In this document: positions 63,318 through 64,000 of the stretch, one piece after another
Layout: every line of letters begins with the position of its first letter
How positions within the stretch are numbered: position 1 is the stretch's first letter
DNA from: a virus
Taxonomy: Duplodnaviria; Heunggongvirae; Uroviricota; Caudoviricetes
Direction: 5' to 3' (one strand)
IMG/VR virus record: IMGVR_UViG_3300012943_000028
Span: 96,001 to 160,000 of that record
Length of the DNA stretch: 64,000 nt
The notes under the pieces: generated by a model
What the model was told of the DNA's origin: nothing
Database searches by the model: none
Seen by the model: only the letters and a program-made list of their open reading frames with translations
Translations under genes and position numbers: made by a program

Positions 63318-64000
63318 TACTTCACTCCACAGTGGAGATTGATGGCCATGTTGGCACGTGATTTGTCTGCTGGAATTGACTTGATGAGCTCACGCGCTGT
63401 GTAGCACAGGCCAAAGCGTCGTACGCTTTCGTTCAAGTCTTCTGTGCCGCTTGGAGCGAAGGCAATCTCCCAATCGTGGTCGAGAACCTCTTTGGCCAGC
63501 GTTCTTCCGTTCTTGTCTTTATCTATTACGAAAACAATCCTGCGGCTACTCTTAGATATCAGGTCGACCTTTGCTTCGTTCAAGCGACTACCAAGTAGCG
63601 CAACGCCGTTCACCATCATCGCATCGAAGATGCCCTCACACACGAACAGTGGAAGGTCCGAGTATGAGTTGAGCTCGTCCATGTTGAACATGACAGCTTC
63701 ACGACTTACTGGCGCATTGTCGTAGCGCAGCTTCTCCGCATTATCGATGTGCCGAGCCTGCCAGTAGATGAGCTGACCAGAACGGTAGTATGGAATGATG
63801 ATGCGGTTGAGGAAGCGTGGCTCTAGCGAGAAGAAGAAATTGTACCTGTCAAAGTTGACCTTACGATCGACGAGATAGTCGACGAGCTTTTCTTGGTAGT
63901 CAACAAACTCTGGATGGCCAAGTGGGAAGCTCTTTGCTGGAAGCTTAACTGGCGGTGTTGTCGTGTTGACCTTCGTGAGCTTGCTCAGCGTGATCTTGTC
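63317..64000 (-). CDS. gp61: DNA primase, T4 gp61-like (partial; starts beyond window end)
   Basis: The frame is open to 64000: RIIIPYY, YWQAR, TOPRIM EGIFDA and DKD. Confidence 0.92.
   Translation of the reverse strand, partial: DKITLSKLTKVNTTTPPVKLPAKSFPLGHPEFVDYQEKLVDYLVDRKVNFDRYNFFFSLEPRFLNRIIIPYYRSGQLIYWQARHIDNAEKLRYDNAPVSREAVMFNMDELNSYSDLPLFVCEGIFDAMMVNGVALLGSRLNEAKVDLISKSSRRIVFVIDKDKNGRTLAKEVLDHDWEIAFAPSGTEDLNESVRRFGLCYTARELIKSIPADKSRANMAINLHCGVK

Overview
A 64-kb segment of a large T4-like myovirus (probably a jumbo phage) of a Gram-negative host, using the standard genetic code. The minus strand from 1 to 14.4 kb holds the head module: tape measure, portal gp20, prohead protease gp21, a cluster of putative internal head proteins, scaffold gp22 and major capsid gp23. 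A minus-strand block from 15.5 to 23.2 kb encodes the late sigma factor gp55, the gp47/gp46 nuclease, a Holliday-junction resolvase, a catalytically degenerate gp21 paralog and a coupled four-gene unit (nucleoside deoxyribosyltransferase-like, MazG-like, minimal class II aaRS-like, minimal PolA/T7-RNAP-palm polymerase). A long plus-strand operon from 23.4 to 55.7 kb covers baseplate, fibre, spanin and lysin genes. The final minus-strand block contains primase, helicase, a 1003-aa ligase-like protein, an exonuclease and accessory genes. The main candidates for novelty are: (1) modular head-cargo polyproteins with a shared leader, internal protease-like sites and a scaffold-mimicking motif; (2) the four-gene nucleotide/polymerase operon; (3) a separately transcribed ~215-nt RNA containing an aberrant tRNA-like domain; (4) late promoters placed in hairpin loops; (5) the dead protease paralog. 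All family calls come from motif recognition by eye; no database searches were run.
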